The notes under the pieces were generated by a model, which made no database searches, was not told where the DNA came from, and worked only from the letters and a program-made list of their open reading frames with translations. Positions 52,656-64,000 of a DNA stretch of 64,000 bases are shown in pieces (the first letter of the stretch is position 1; each line of letters begins with the position of its first letter). The stretch comes from Eledone cirrhosa (lineage: Eukaryota), in the NCBI GenBank assembly GCA_964016885.1, contig OZ024756.1, positions 12,958,001-13,022,000 on the forward strand. The letters run 5' to 3'. A program made the position numbers and the translations under genes.

Positions 52656-52979
52656 TAGAAGAAACCAAGTCATTTTTTAAACTTTCTAATCCAAATATTT
52701 CTGTTGTATTTCTCACAACATAGGACGATCAGAATTAATGGTAAGAAGATGTAGGCGCTAGACACACACAGCAGGACTATATAGAGGAACTAATGGTGTA
52801 GGCGCTAGACACAACAGGAGGATAGAGGAAGTAATGGTGTAGATGACACACAGAAGCCTCAACAAATTTAGCCAACAAAACCATAAACTTTTCCTCAATA
52901 GAAACTGAAACTGTTCTTTTTTTTACCATTTGTTTTCTGAAAGTTTGTATTTTTCTCATAATTTTATTATATTTGCAAT

Positions 52980-53340
52980 GCACCTGGTGACACTTCACAA
53001 CACACACCTGAGTGCTGTTCCCACCTGGTGACACCTCACAATACATACCTGAGTCCTGTTCCCTCCTGGTGACACCTCACAACACACACAGATGAGCTGT
53101 TCCCACCTTGTGACACCTCACAACACACACAGGTGGGCTGTTCCCACTTGGTGACACCTCACAACACACAGGTGGGCTGTTCCCACCTAGTGACACCTCA
53201 CAACACATACCTGAGTGCTGTTCCCACCTGGTGACACCTCACAATACATACCTGAGTCCTGTTCCCACCTAGTGACACCTCACAACACACAGGTGGGCTG
53301 TTCCCACCTAGTTGCACCTCACAACACACAGGTGTGTTGC
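52980..53340. repeat. ~41-bp minisatellite
   Basis: CACCTGGTGACACCTCACAACACAC repeats. Confidence 0.9.
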
Positions 53341-53557
53341 CCCCCACCCCCACCACCATTTAGAAACTACTCATACAAGTGTTTGATTGACCAATTCAAC
53401 CTTCCTGGGACCAGTGATCCCAGATATTATCATATTTGAAAGTTATAATGATGGAACAATGTCACAAACACATCCTATCATTGACATTTTATTTCCATGT
53501 GACAACGGCCATCATCGTATTCAGTGAAGCTTGACAGAAGAAAAGAATGCTGGTGAA

Positions 53558-54466
53558 GGGGAGTGGATTGGCAGTAGAATCGGTAGATTGTCGGACAAGA
53601 TGCTTTTGGCATAGAGTTACGGCCTTTTACATTCTGAGTTCCAATCCTGCCGAAGTTAGCTTTGCCTTTTGTCCTGATGGGGTTAATAAACTAAAGTACA
53701 GGTGACTAACTGGAGTTGATTTAATCAACTTTCTCCTCCTTCCCAAATTGCTGGCCTTGTGCCAAATGTAGGAACAATTCTATACCGAGGAGACAAGTTA
53801 TAAATATTTTATATAAAACTAGTCACCATTTAAACCGGCCGTTTCCAGCCGGAACTCTCTCACTGTTCAAATTGGCCGTAACTGGGCACCCATACTGATG
53901 TTAAGGTATTGTTCTCAAAATAAAAAATATCAAAATCTCATAGATTCAATATTATGTGAAATACTTATGAGAGATTCAGCCTTTACTATGAAGATACAAT
54001 TGTATATACAGAGTAATGTGAATGCTAAAGGGTTAAAATATGTAATGTATATACTTGAATATAACCCGAAGAATATGTGACCAATAAATTGATGGTAGAA
54101 TAGTGAGTGGTTATATTCAAGTCATCATTATCATCATTTCATTTTACGTCTTCTTTTCCCTGCTTGCAAGGGTGGGACAGGAACTGATTCTGGCTTGATT
54201 TCTACAGCTTGATGCCTTTCCTAACACCAACCTCATTTACAGTGAGTGCTGGGTGCTTTTTTGCCGTGGCACCTCCACGACCATTTTGCAGTGGAATGAT
54301 ATGAACCCCAGTCCCTATCATCTCATTTCTACAGCTGAGTAAATTGGAGCAATGTGAAATAAAGTGTCTTGCTCAAGGAAACAACACATCACCCGGTCTG
54401 AGAATTGAGCTCACAACCTTTCAATTGCAAGGCCAATGCTCTAACCACTAAGCCATGTGCCTCCAT
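53558..54466. mobile_element. SINE B (53558-53780 +), MITE (53828-54035) and SINE A (54125-54466 -)
   Basis: Similarity to other copies in the window. Confidence 0.85.
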
Positions 54467-54714
54467 GACTTAGTGGTTAGAGCATTGGCCTCAAGTACAT
54501 ATGGAAATTATTTTATACAAGATTAATCACCATTTAAACATATAAATTACTTTAAAGATGGCAGTAATAAGTTGTGATTGTATTAGCACTTTGTTTTCTC
54601 AAACCAATGCAGATAAGAGTATTAGTTGGTTTTATTAAATATAATAAATATATATGTGTGTGTGTATATATGTATATATAGGTATATATACAAACATACT
54701 TATATATAAATATA

Positions 54715-55720
54715 TATGAATAGAGTGAACGACAGAATAATTAAAATAAAACTAGTTCTAAATAGAACAGCTGTGTCAATAATATCTGCTTATGCAACCC
54801 AATCTGGCCTACCTGATATTATAAACGCTAATGCTCGCTACCTCCCAAATAACTGACAGTGACTACATAATTATTGCTGGTGACCTTAATGGTCACGTTG
54901 GACAACATTGTGATGACTATGACGGAATCCATGTAGGCTATGGGTTTGGTACTAGAAATGAGGAAGGCTTCAGGTTCCTGGAATTCTGTGATGTTAATAA
55001 CCTAATTACCTGTAACACAGACTTCAAAAAACGAGACAATCACTTGATCACCTATAGATCAGGGGAACTCACCAGCCAGATAGATTTTATCCCTACTAGA
55101 AGACGTGACAGGATGTTTGTTGTAAACACTAAATCCCTCCCCCGTGAAGAATGCACCTCCCAACATAGCCTAATAGTTAGTAACCCCTTAGTCAGGACTA
55201 GATGTACTCGATGACACAGGATTACCTTGAGGAGAAGAATATGGAAGTTGTAGGACCTCACAGCCAGTGACAAATTTAAAAGCATGTTATTTGATGCTTT
55301 TGACAGTAAGGAAGAGCAATTAGAGACGTACAATATAGAGGAATAGCGGGAATTTCTGAAGGTTAACCTGCTGAAGGCAACAGATGAAATCTGTGGCTGG
55401 AGCAGACCTATAGGCAGGAGGAGAGTAACTTGGTGGTGGAACGGTAAGGTGGAGGAGACAATCAAGACCAACAAGCAGGCTTGGAAAGTATGGGGGAAGT
55501 AGAGAACACTATCAAGTGGCAAGGAGAGAAGCTAGGAGATTAGTGTACTTTGCAAGAAGGGAATCAGAGAATAGAAAGTTCAAGCATGTTCTACAACGCA
55601 AAGACCAAAAACATGAGGTGTTCAGGATTGCAAGACAATGAGTCAAGGAAAACCGTGATAATGTCAGGGAGAAGTGTGTCTGTAGCATGGAAAATAGACG
55701 TTAAACGATGATGATGATGA
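54715..55720 (+). mobile_element. RTE endonuclease fragment, internally deleted and joined to its tail
   Basis: Highly similar to 47650-48590; ends GACGTTAAAC(GAT)n. Confidence 0.9.
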
Positions 55721-55964
55721 AATATATATACAGAAAATTGTTGAAGGTATTCTTTTTAAATTTAAGTTGATTCAGCTATAAGAAAGGTATTTAAAAAACA
55801 TCCTGCCATTATATACATCAAAGGTCATTTATTGAAATGGAACAAGCAGGAGGGCACTTTTACAACCCCTTCTTAAGCACTCCTTAAACACCCCAACACC
55901 ACTCCCAATCAATGATCTTGCTGTTACCATTCACTATGTTCTGTATATATATATATATATATAT

Positions 55965-56108
55965 ATCATTATCATCATTTTACGTCCACTTTTCCCTGCT
56001 TGCAAGGGTGGGACGGGTCATATTCAGCACAGCATCTCTCTACTTGTCACGGTCCTTTGTCATCTCCTTCGTAGTTTCAGCGATCTGAGGTCTGCTTTCA
56101 CCACCTCC
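55965..56108 (-). mobile_element. RTE 3' end, same subfamily as 20808-21450
   Basis: Nearly identical to 20808-20950. Confidence 0.85.
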
Positions 56109-56109
56109 G

Positions 56110-56830
56110 TGGAGGGTTATATCCGTAGTAGTAGAGCATTCAGTCCATGGGATGAGTTTGGTAGAAGTAGTTCCACAACAGTTAGTTCACCATACCGAGA
56201 GTAAATGTTTCACCTTATGCAGATCCTCAGCTCGGTCTGAATGAAGTTGTATGGAAAAGGAAAAACAACTGTACGAATACGCATGCACAGAAACAGTCAC
56301 TTCTCCTGGGCAAGGTAAACCCATGATCGATCGATGTAAAGGAGATAACTGTGGATGTCCAGAATAAAATTTTTCAGGTTATTCAGGATATTAGATTGTT
56401 GATGTAAGTCAATCTGGAGCGTTGTAACTATGTAATAGGTGTTGCCAGATGTTATTAGGTTAACTTAGCAGGATATTGATCCTTTCTTCAATGCACAGTC
56501 CACAAGATGGATTTCCCCTTGCATATGGCTTTCGATTGGATGGAGTAGTCTACGCCTGAGTCCTTGGGGGACCATACGTGGCTCGTGAGTTTCGTGGACG
56601 ATCGTTTGTCCGGGTATCTAAAGTTCGACTGATGATTCAGGAAGCATTCCTTAAACCAGCTCCCAGCCATGCCTTCATATGATTTAACCTCTTATCGATT
56701 TGGTCTGTTAGAAGTGACCACTGCTTCGTAAATTACAGCGTGGTCACTTTTAACCAACCAAACTGATCTCAGTTTGACAATCGACACCGACAAATGGAAT
56801 GCGAGAAAGTTCTCCAGGAAAGTTAACCAG
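56110..56830 (-). mobile_element. Penelope-like element remnant: GIY-YIG C-terminus plus a 3' region with a degenerate hammerhead at 56194-56236
   Basis: FKECFLNHQSNFR..STKLTSHVWSPKD motif; ACCGAG-CTGAGGA..GAAA..CTCGGT. Confidence 0.75.
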
Positions 56831-56965
56831 GAATCTTTTAAAATCTCCACACCGAAGTTAACAAAGAACTTACTAGATCTACAAAACCAAATTGTGAAAT
56901 CATAATATAAAATTAAATCAAATTGTTTAGAACTACAAGTGAAGTCATTCTTTTCCTTTTTTTAA

Positions 56966-57002
<37 letters not shown>

Positions 57003-57449
57003 GCTGTCGATATATTTAAAAAAAGGAAAAGAATATTTGCTCTTCAGTTCTTATATATTTATCCTTATCGAGCCCTCTTTGGATTTTAGTCTTCAAATTT
57101 ATTATTATTACTATATATATATATATATGTCGTTATGGATTGAGAGGAGGGCTGTGTGGTTACTGATAACAAGTGTTAGAAGGTAAGGCGACACAAACAA
57201 GAGATGGACAATCTCTCTTCGTCAGTTGTTTACTATGGGTCATGGATGTTTCAGCGCATTATAAACAATACATCTATCCATAGCGCGCCCACGAGGGATA
57301 GAAGCGATAACGAAGAGAAAGAAAAGAAGAAAAAAAGGAAAAAAAGAAGTAAACATACCGATAAAAGGGGGGAACATGGGACAGCGCCATTGTCCTATGT
57401 TCCCCCTTCTATCGGTATATTTACTTGTGGAACTGTTAGAGAGAAGAGG

Positions 57450-59690
57450 AGGAGATGTATGTTGTGTACAATAAGTGAGATGAAGGAGTGCCTCTGCAAG
57501 ACTAATCACAGGCAAACAACGGAGATATAAATTGTACTGGGTAGGAAATGACAATGGGGTAGGAGGTGTAGGTATCTTACTAGCTGAGAATTGGATAGAT
57601 AAGATGATAGAGGTAATTAGTGTAAGTGACAGAATCATCAAGCTTAGATTAACTGTAGGAAATAGAATCATCAAGCTTAGATTAACTGTAGGAAATAGAA
57701 TCATCAAGCTTAGATTAACTGTAGGAAATAGAATGGTGACAATTACATCTACCTATGTTCCCACAGGCAGGACTGGGTTAAGAACAAAAGACTGGTTCTG
57801 TGAGGAACTTTTACAGACAACTTCAGTTACTGAGGAAAGAGACCTCATCCTCCTGGCTGGTAACTTCAATGGACATGTGGGGCTATAGTTATGGTTCAAA
57901 AAAGGAACCTGGAATTCTGTTGTGTGAATGAACTAACCATTTGCAACATAAATTTCAGGAAACCAGCCAGCCAGCTGATTTCGTATCAATCAGGTGAACA
58001 CACAAGCCAAATTGATTACTTACTTTTTCTCTTTCTTTTTTTCATTTCCTTTTTCTTTCTTTTTTTCTCTTTCTATTTGTAATATTATGTTGACGGTTAT
58101 GCCTTAATAAAATATATATGAAATAAATGAACTGTAATAAACACTAAGACCTTCCTTGGGGAAGAATGACAGCCCAACACAAGTTAGTTATTAGCGACAT
58201 CAAAATAAACACAAAACAGAACAAGACATGCAGGAAAATATGGAGACGGAGGGTCTGGAATCTAAAGGAGCTCTTGATTAAATATAAGTTTAGAAGGACC
58301 CTCGGGATGCATTTGATGAGCTAGATACCGATGACGTAGAGTACAACAGGAAATTCTTATGTGACAACATTTTTCAGACTTCTGACAAGACTTGTGGCTG
58401 GAGTAAAGCACCAGCCAGTCAGAGGGTGATCTGGTGGTGGAAAAGCTCAGTGGATAGAGCCATCAAAGCCAAGAGACAGACTTGGAAAGACTAGAAATGT
58501 GGGGGTAGCAGAGACCGGTTCCATGTAGCCGAGAGAGAAGCCAGGCGACATGTATACACAGCTTGGAGAGAGGCTTAAAAAAGAAAGTTTGCCAACGTCT
58601 TGAAATATGAGTATCAGAGGCGTGAAGTGTTTTGCATTGCAAAGCAGTATGTTAGTGTAAATCGGGATGTTGTTGGTGAAAAATGTGTTAGAAATGACAC
58701 TGGTGCACTTAGCACCACTGATGCTCAAAAGAAAGAGGCCTGGAAATGTTACTATGAGAGACTGATGAATGGGAGGAAGAGAAACTACCCCCAACTTACC
58801 CAACAGAAGGGCCAGCTATTGAAGTTGACAGTTTTAGGGTTAAAGAGATGAAGAATGGTAAAGCTGCAGGACTGTCAGAGATAGTTGCTGAGGTGCTAAA
58901 AGCATCGGGAGAAGTAGGAGTCAAACTAGTAACCCTCATAGACAATCAGGTAATAGAGAGTGGTATTATTCCTAATGACTAGTATGGTACAATCATAAAT
59001 TACTACAAGGTGATGCTCTAGAAAGGAGCAACTGTAGAGGAATAAAACTAATTGTCAAAGTGTTGGAAAGTGTTATAGCGTAATTAATTAGGAAAAGAGT
59101 CAAATTAGATGAGATGCAGTTTGGTTTCATGCCCAGGAAAAGTACTATAGATGCTTTCTTTTTAGAGAGGTAAGTACAAGAGAAGTTTGTAGCCAAGAAT
59201 AAGCCACTATATGTAGCTTTTATTGATCTGGTGGTCCTTAAGGAAATTAGGTGTGGAAGACTGGCTTGTGAGAGCTGTGCAAGCTAAGTACAGAGACACT
59301 GTCAGTAAAGTGAAAGTAGGAAGTGTTTAGTGAGGAATTCAATGTACAGGTAGGAGTTAATCAAGGTTTGGTTCTTAGCTCACTGCTGTTCATCATAGTT
59401 CTCCAGGACATAACAGAGAAGTTTATAACTGGCTGCCCATGGGAACTTCTCTATGCAGATGATTTGATCCTTATAGCTGAAACCATAAAAGAACTAGAAA
59501 ATAAGTTCTGACTATGGAAATGGAATTTGGAATCTAAAGGTCTACAAGTAAACTTAACCAAAACTGAAGTGCAAGTAAGTAGGAGAGAAGATATGACCCT
59601 GATTCCTTTAAAGAAGTTTTCCTGCTCCGTATGTAGAAATAGAGTAGACATAAAATGCATACAGTGTACACAATGTAAATCCAGTCTACA
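57450..59690 (+). mobile_element. Old, heavily degraded RTE LINE (endonuclease and RT)
   Basis: GVGILLA, AGNFNGHVG, GVNQGLVLS and LYADD motifs; many stops. Confidence 0.9.
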
Positions 59691-60339
59691 CTTTAGAAAA
59701 TGGTTTGTGAAGTCAGTGGAGAAAAAAGTTTTTATCTTCAGTGTTGAAGTCTGTAATAAATGGTTATTTGGTGCAGTAAACAAACAAAAATGTAAATCGG
59801 AGAATTCTGCATATTTATATGAGAAGTCAGGGATTCTATGTAGTTGTTCTGTGAGAAATAACAGCCAAATTACCCTCAAATTACAACACCCTATCACTTT
59901 AATTAAGGACTAAGTATATTAGATAATGTAGTCATGGAATACCTTTAATTATAGGGGTCTGCTCAGGTCAGGTTACACTACAACATTGATATGAAGCAGT
60001 TGAGGAAACATAAACAGACAGCAACTTTCCAGAGGATAAGATAACCATGGTTACCGATACTGGAAATAGCTAGAATATATGATAAGTGGGTAGAGGAAAA
60101 CAATATGTTTGGTGTTACGAATTGGTAGAGTTGCTAGCAGATAGGAAGAAATGCTTTGCAGCACTTATTCCGGCTCTCTGCACTTCATTTTAGAATTCTG
60201 CTGAATTCAACTTTACCTAAGATAAAATATCAATCAAGTGCAGTGGAATGGCAGAATTGTTAAAACACTGAATGAGAATCCTTGCTGTATTTTTCTGTCT
60301 CTCAGTTCAAATGCTGTTGTGGCCTACTTTGGTGGCAGA

Positions 60340-60550
60340 TTTAACCCTTTAGCATTACTCTATATTTACTATTATATTTTCATGGTAAACACTTTACCTC
60401 GCATCATATCGAATCTATGAGATTTTGCGGTTATTTATTTTGAGAACAATACCTTACATTCAGCATAAGCAGCCAGTTATGACTAATTTGAACAGAAAGA
60501 GGTGAGAGAATTCTGGCTGGATATGGCTGGTTTAAATGCTAAAAGGTTAA
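60340..60550. mobile_element. piggyBac-type MITE
   Basis: TTAACCCTTTAGC...GCTAAAAGGTTAA. Confidence 0.8.
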
Positions 60551-61624
60551 TCTGTCACCCAGTTTAATATCTCCACCTGGTTCCTGAGTGCCTTTAGCAG
60601 AGTTCACTCTGTTGTAAATATTTGGATTAACTCTTTGGTTTAAGAATGGATCCCCACCCTCCTTCCCTGCAATCTCAGAGGCTCTGAAAAGCACTCAACA
60701 TTCCTCGTCTCTATCCCATCAGTTTTACCACTGCTACCTGCTACCACAAAACGTGATAGATACCTCACTCACTGTTTGATAAAAAAATACATATACATGG
60801 GATAGCTGATGTTTTATCCCAAGTCAGCCCTGATCAAGGAGACATACAATATAAAACATTTCAGTGATGGCCAAGCCTTGTTATTTTTAGACATAGCTTA
60901 CATAGATCTACATCATCCAACGAATCCTTGTTTTTCAAGATAATTGAGTGTAATATGAAGTTTATTTAGCTACTATTTTAGCAGAGTGTGCAACCAGCTA
61001 AATGATAATGGCTAACAAAATACATATAATGACCACTTGTGGCTCAATTGTCATCACCTGAAGACAGAAAATAAGAAAACAAAAAAAAACCCCACATAGT
61101 GTATATAGAATGAAATTATCTAATATATCCTTTTTATTTCAAGAAGATACCATGAATTTTCAGGGATATTTAGTGGCTTCTTCTTCCAATATAAGTGACC
61201 AGGTAAATATCTCCTCGTTGTTTAGTCTCAGATCAGCTCTGATTCAGGAAACATACGACTAAAAACATTTTACTGTTGCCCAAGCCACCTTGGTTTCAGA
61301 TAAAGTTTATATAGGGTGTTGGCCACCCGCAAATGTCAGCCCTGAGAGTTGGAATAACTATTTCAACACATCCCCCTCGCTATCCCACAGAGTAATATAT
61401 TCTCTATTCTGTCTGTTGAAACCACAAGAAGGCTTGCACCAGATGTTCTGTACATTGGAGAGCCTTCCCACACATTATCCAGACATGTCCCACTGGGGTA
61501 GTGATGGTGGTGGTCTAAGTATTATTCTCAGTTTTATTTAAACAATTCTGTTATATTTCCCCTTTGTGGTGACCCATGTACTGTTAACGGTGACAAGAAA
61601 TGTACTGATAGAAAAGTATGAATT

Positions 61625-62070
61625 CAGAAAATGGAGGCATGGAAATGTCATTATGAGAGACTGATGAATGTTGAGAACGAATGGGAGAGAGAGAAACTAC
61701 CCCCAGTAGACCCGACAGAGGGACCAGCTATTGAGATTGACGACTATAGGGTCAAAGAGGAAATCAAGGAAATGAAAAGTGGTAAGGCCCCTGGACTGTC
61801 AGGGATAGTTGCTGAGATGCTGAAGGCACCAGGAGAAGTAGGAACTAAACTATATATGGTGGTGTCATACCCAAAGACTGGTGCAGCAGTATTCTCATAA
61901 ATTGCTACAAAGGTAAAAGGGATGCTCTGGAGAGGAGCAATTATAGAGGCATAAAACTGATGGATCAGGTTATGAAAGTGGTAGAAAGAATACTAGCGCA
62001 ACTAATTAGAGAAAGGGTCAAATTAGATGAGATGCAGTTTGGTTTTGTGCCTGGTAAAAGTACAACAGGG
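61625..62070 (+). mobile_element. RTE RT N-terminal fragment
   Basis: MKSGKAPG, NYRGIKL and QFGF motifs. Confidence 0.88.
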
Positions 62071-62077
62071 TTTTATT

Positions 62078-62913
62078 TGGACAAATAAGTGAACGGTGGA
62101 CAAATAAGTGAACAGTGAACAAATAAGTGGACAAATAAGTGAACAGTGGACAAATAAGTGAGCAATAGACAAATAAGTGAACAGTGGACAAATAAGAGGC
62201 CAGTGGCAAATAAGTTGACAGTGGACAAATAAGTGAGCAATAGACAAATAAGTGAACAGTGGACAAATAAGTTGACAGTGGACAAATAAGCGGACAGTGG
62301 ACAAATAAGTGAACAGTGGACAAATAAGTTGACAGTGGACAAATAAGCGGACAGTGGGCAAATAAGTGAACAGTGGACAAATAAGTGAGCAATAGACAAA
62401 TAAGTGAACAGTGGACAAATAAGTGAACAGTGGGCAAATAAGAGGCCAGTGGCAAATAAGTGAACAGTGGGCAAATAAGTGAACAGTGGACAAATAAGTT
62501 GACAGTGGACAAATAAGTTGACAGTGGACAAATAAGTTGACAGTGGACAAATAAGCGGACAGTGGACAAATAAGTGAACAGTGGACAAATAAGTTGACAG
62601 TGGACAAATAAGTGAGCAATAGACAAATAAGTGAACAGTGGACAAATAAGAGGCCAGTGGCAAATAAGTGAACAGTGGGCAAATAAGAGGCCAGTAGCAA
62701 ATAAGTGAACAGTGGGCAAATAAGTCAACAGTGGACAAATAAGTTGACAGTGGATAAATAAGTTAATGGTCAACAAATAAGTGAACAGTGGACAAATAAG
62801 TGAACAGTGGGCAAATAATTTGACAGTGGACACTTATTTCTCCACTGTTCACTTATTTGTTCACTGTCCACTTATTTCTCCACTGTCCACTTATTTGTTA
62901 ACTGTTCACTTAT
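62078..62913. repeat. 19-bp minisatellite (GTGGACAAATAAGTGAACA) that switches to inverted units at ~62829-62913
   Basis: AAATAAG period of 19; then CACTTATTT..CACTGTTCAC. Confidence 0.93.
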
Positions 62914-62942
62914 CAGCCTTTCTACTCATTGTTATGTTTCAG

Positions 62943-63112
62943 ATAGAAAACCAGTCGAAAATCGAAAGAGAGAAACACAAACAACTTCTAATCAACACAT
63001 CCAATATGAGTCTTGTGGCAAACCCTGAGGCATTCAACTGTCCAGTATGTTTTGACGACATTCCTCCTAACAATGGAATCATTCTTCAGGGTTGTCTTCA
63101 TATGTTCTGCAA
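62943..63112 (+). CDS. RBCK1: RBCK1 exon F, start of RING1 of the RBR; the gene continues beyond the window
   Basis: gtttcag|; LVANPEAFNCPVCFDDIPPNNGIILQGCLHMFC resembles [33 protein letters not shown]; aa|gtaagt. Confidence 0.95.
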
Positions 63113-63254
63113 GTAAGTAATCAGACATATCATTATTGTACATGGATCTCATGTGATGTCCAGAATTTCACTCATTCTATCAATGGAACTGACCACAGCC
63201 ATTCATTCTATTCTTCTATTCTATGTGTGTATGTATATATGTAAGTAAGTTATG

Positions 63255-63650
63255 GTGCATGGCTCAGTGGTTAGAGCTTTGGGCTTGCAATCGAAAGGTT
63301 GTGAGTTCAATTCTTGGACCGGGTGATATGTTGTTTCCTTGAGCAAGACACTTTATTTCACATTGCTCCAGTTTACTCAGCTGTAGAAATGAAATGATAG
63401 GGACTGGGGTCCCTATCATTTCACTGCAAAGTGGTCGTGGAGGCGCCACGGCAAAAAAGCACCCAGCACTCACTGTAAATGAGGTTGGTGTTAGGAAGGG
63501 CATCCAGCTGTAGAAACCAAGCCAGAATCAGTTCCCGTATGAGCAAGACAAGGTCAGCCGACCTAACATTGCCCACAACAGGACAACCTGTCTAACCCAT
63601 GCTAGCGTGGAAGAACGGACGTAAAACAGTGATGATGATGATGATGATGA
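63255..63650 (+). mobile_element. SINE family A copy with an alternative RTE tail
   Basis: Same head as 18599; tail resembles 23690-23905. Confidence 0.9.
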
Positions 63651-63839
63651 GGAAGTATGTATGAACCTGTAACTCCTGGTGGAGTTGTGGTGGCACCATA
63701 GTGACATACATCATTTCATGGGCCTGTTTTAAACCCAGTGAAGCCCATCTCCTCTCCAGGTCTGATTATTTCCTCCAATGAAAGTAAGAAAGTGATAGAA
63801 TGGAAGTATGAAAGAGATATAGAGGAAGAAACAACCCCA

Positions 63840-63995
63840 GTACTAGACTGGTACTTTTTTATCGACCTTGAAAAGATGAAAGGCAAAGTTGACCTCTGCA
63901 GGATTTGAACTCAGAATGCAGAGAGCTGGAATGAATACTGCAAAGCATTCTATTTGATGTTCTATTGACTCTGCCAATTCTGCCAATTCACCGCT
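63840..63995 (-). mobile_element. SINE family B copy
   Basis: Reverse complement of the B-box and central domain. Confidence 0.8.
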
Positions 63996-64000
63996 TACTC

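Noticed and set aside
62018-62833. ORFs in all three minus-strand frames
   Set aside because: Translation of the 19-bp minisatellite

Overview
This is eukaryotic, AT-rich and very repeat-dense DNA. The RTE LINEs with (GAT)n tails, tRNA-derived SINEs and long AT/AC microsatellites suggest a mollusc, probably an octopod cephalopod (inference). The one gene I can identify is a + strand RBCK1/HOIL-1L orthologue, a LUBAC subunit. Six coding exons splice in frame from 24874 to 63112 and encode LTM, UBL, NZF and the start of RING1; one intron requires a GC donor, and the gene continues past the window. Its introns hold RTE, R4-like and Penelope remnants, piggyBac-type MITEs, SINEs and several satellites. 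The first 14 kb is two large satellites (45-bp and 61-bp units). The 61-bp unit looks like an amplified exon end plus 5' splice site of a possible divergent minus-strand gene. Most notable are several hammerhead ribozyme motifs, two of them sense within one RBCK1 intron and one inside a 1.1-kb near-perfect inverted repeat. Also notable are a tandem array of ETS-CRE composite sites and fold-back structures upstream of several exons. Nearly all long ORFs in the supplied track are repeat artefacts.
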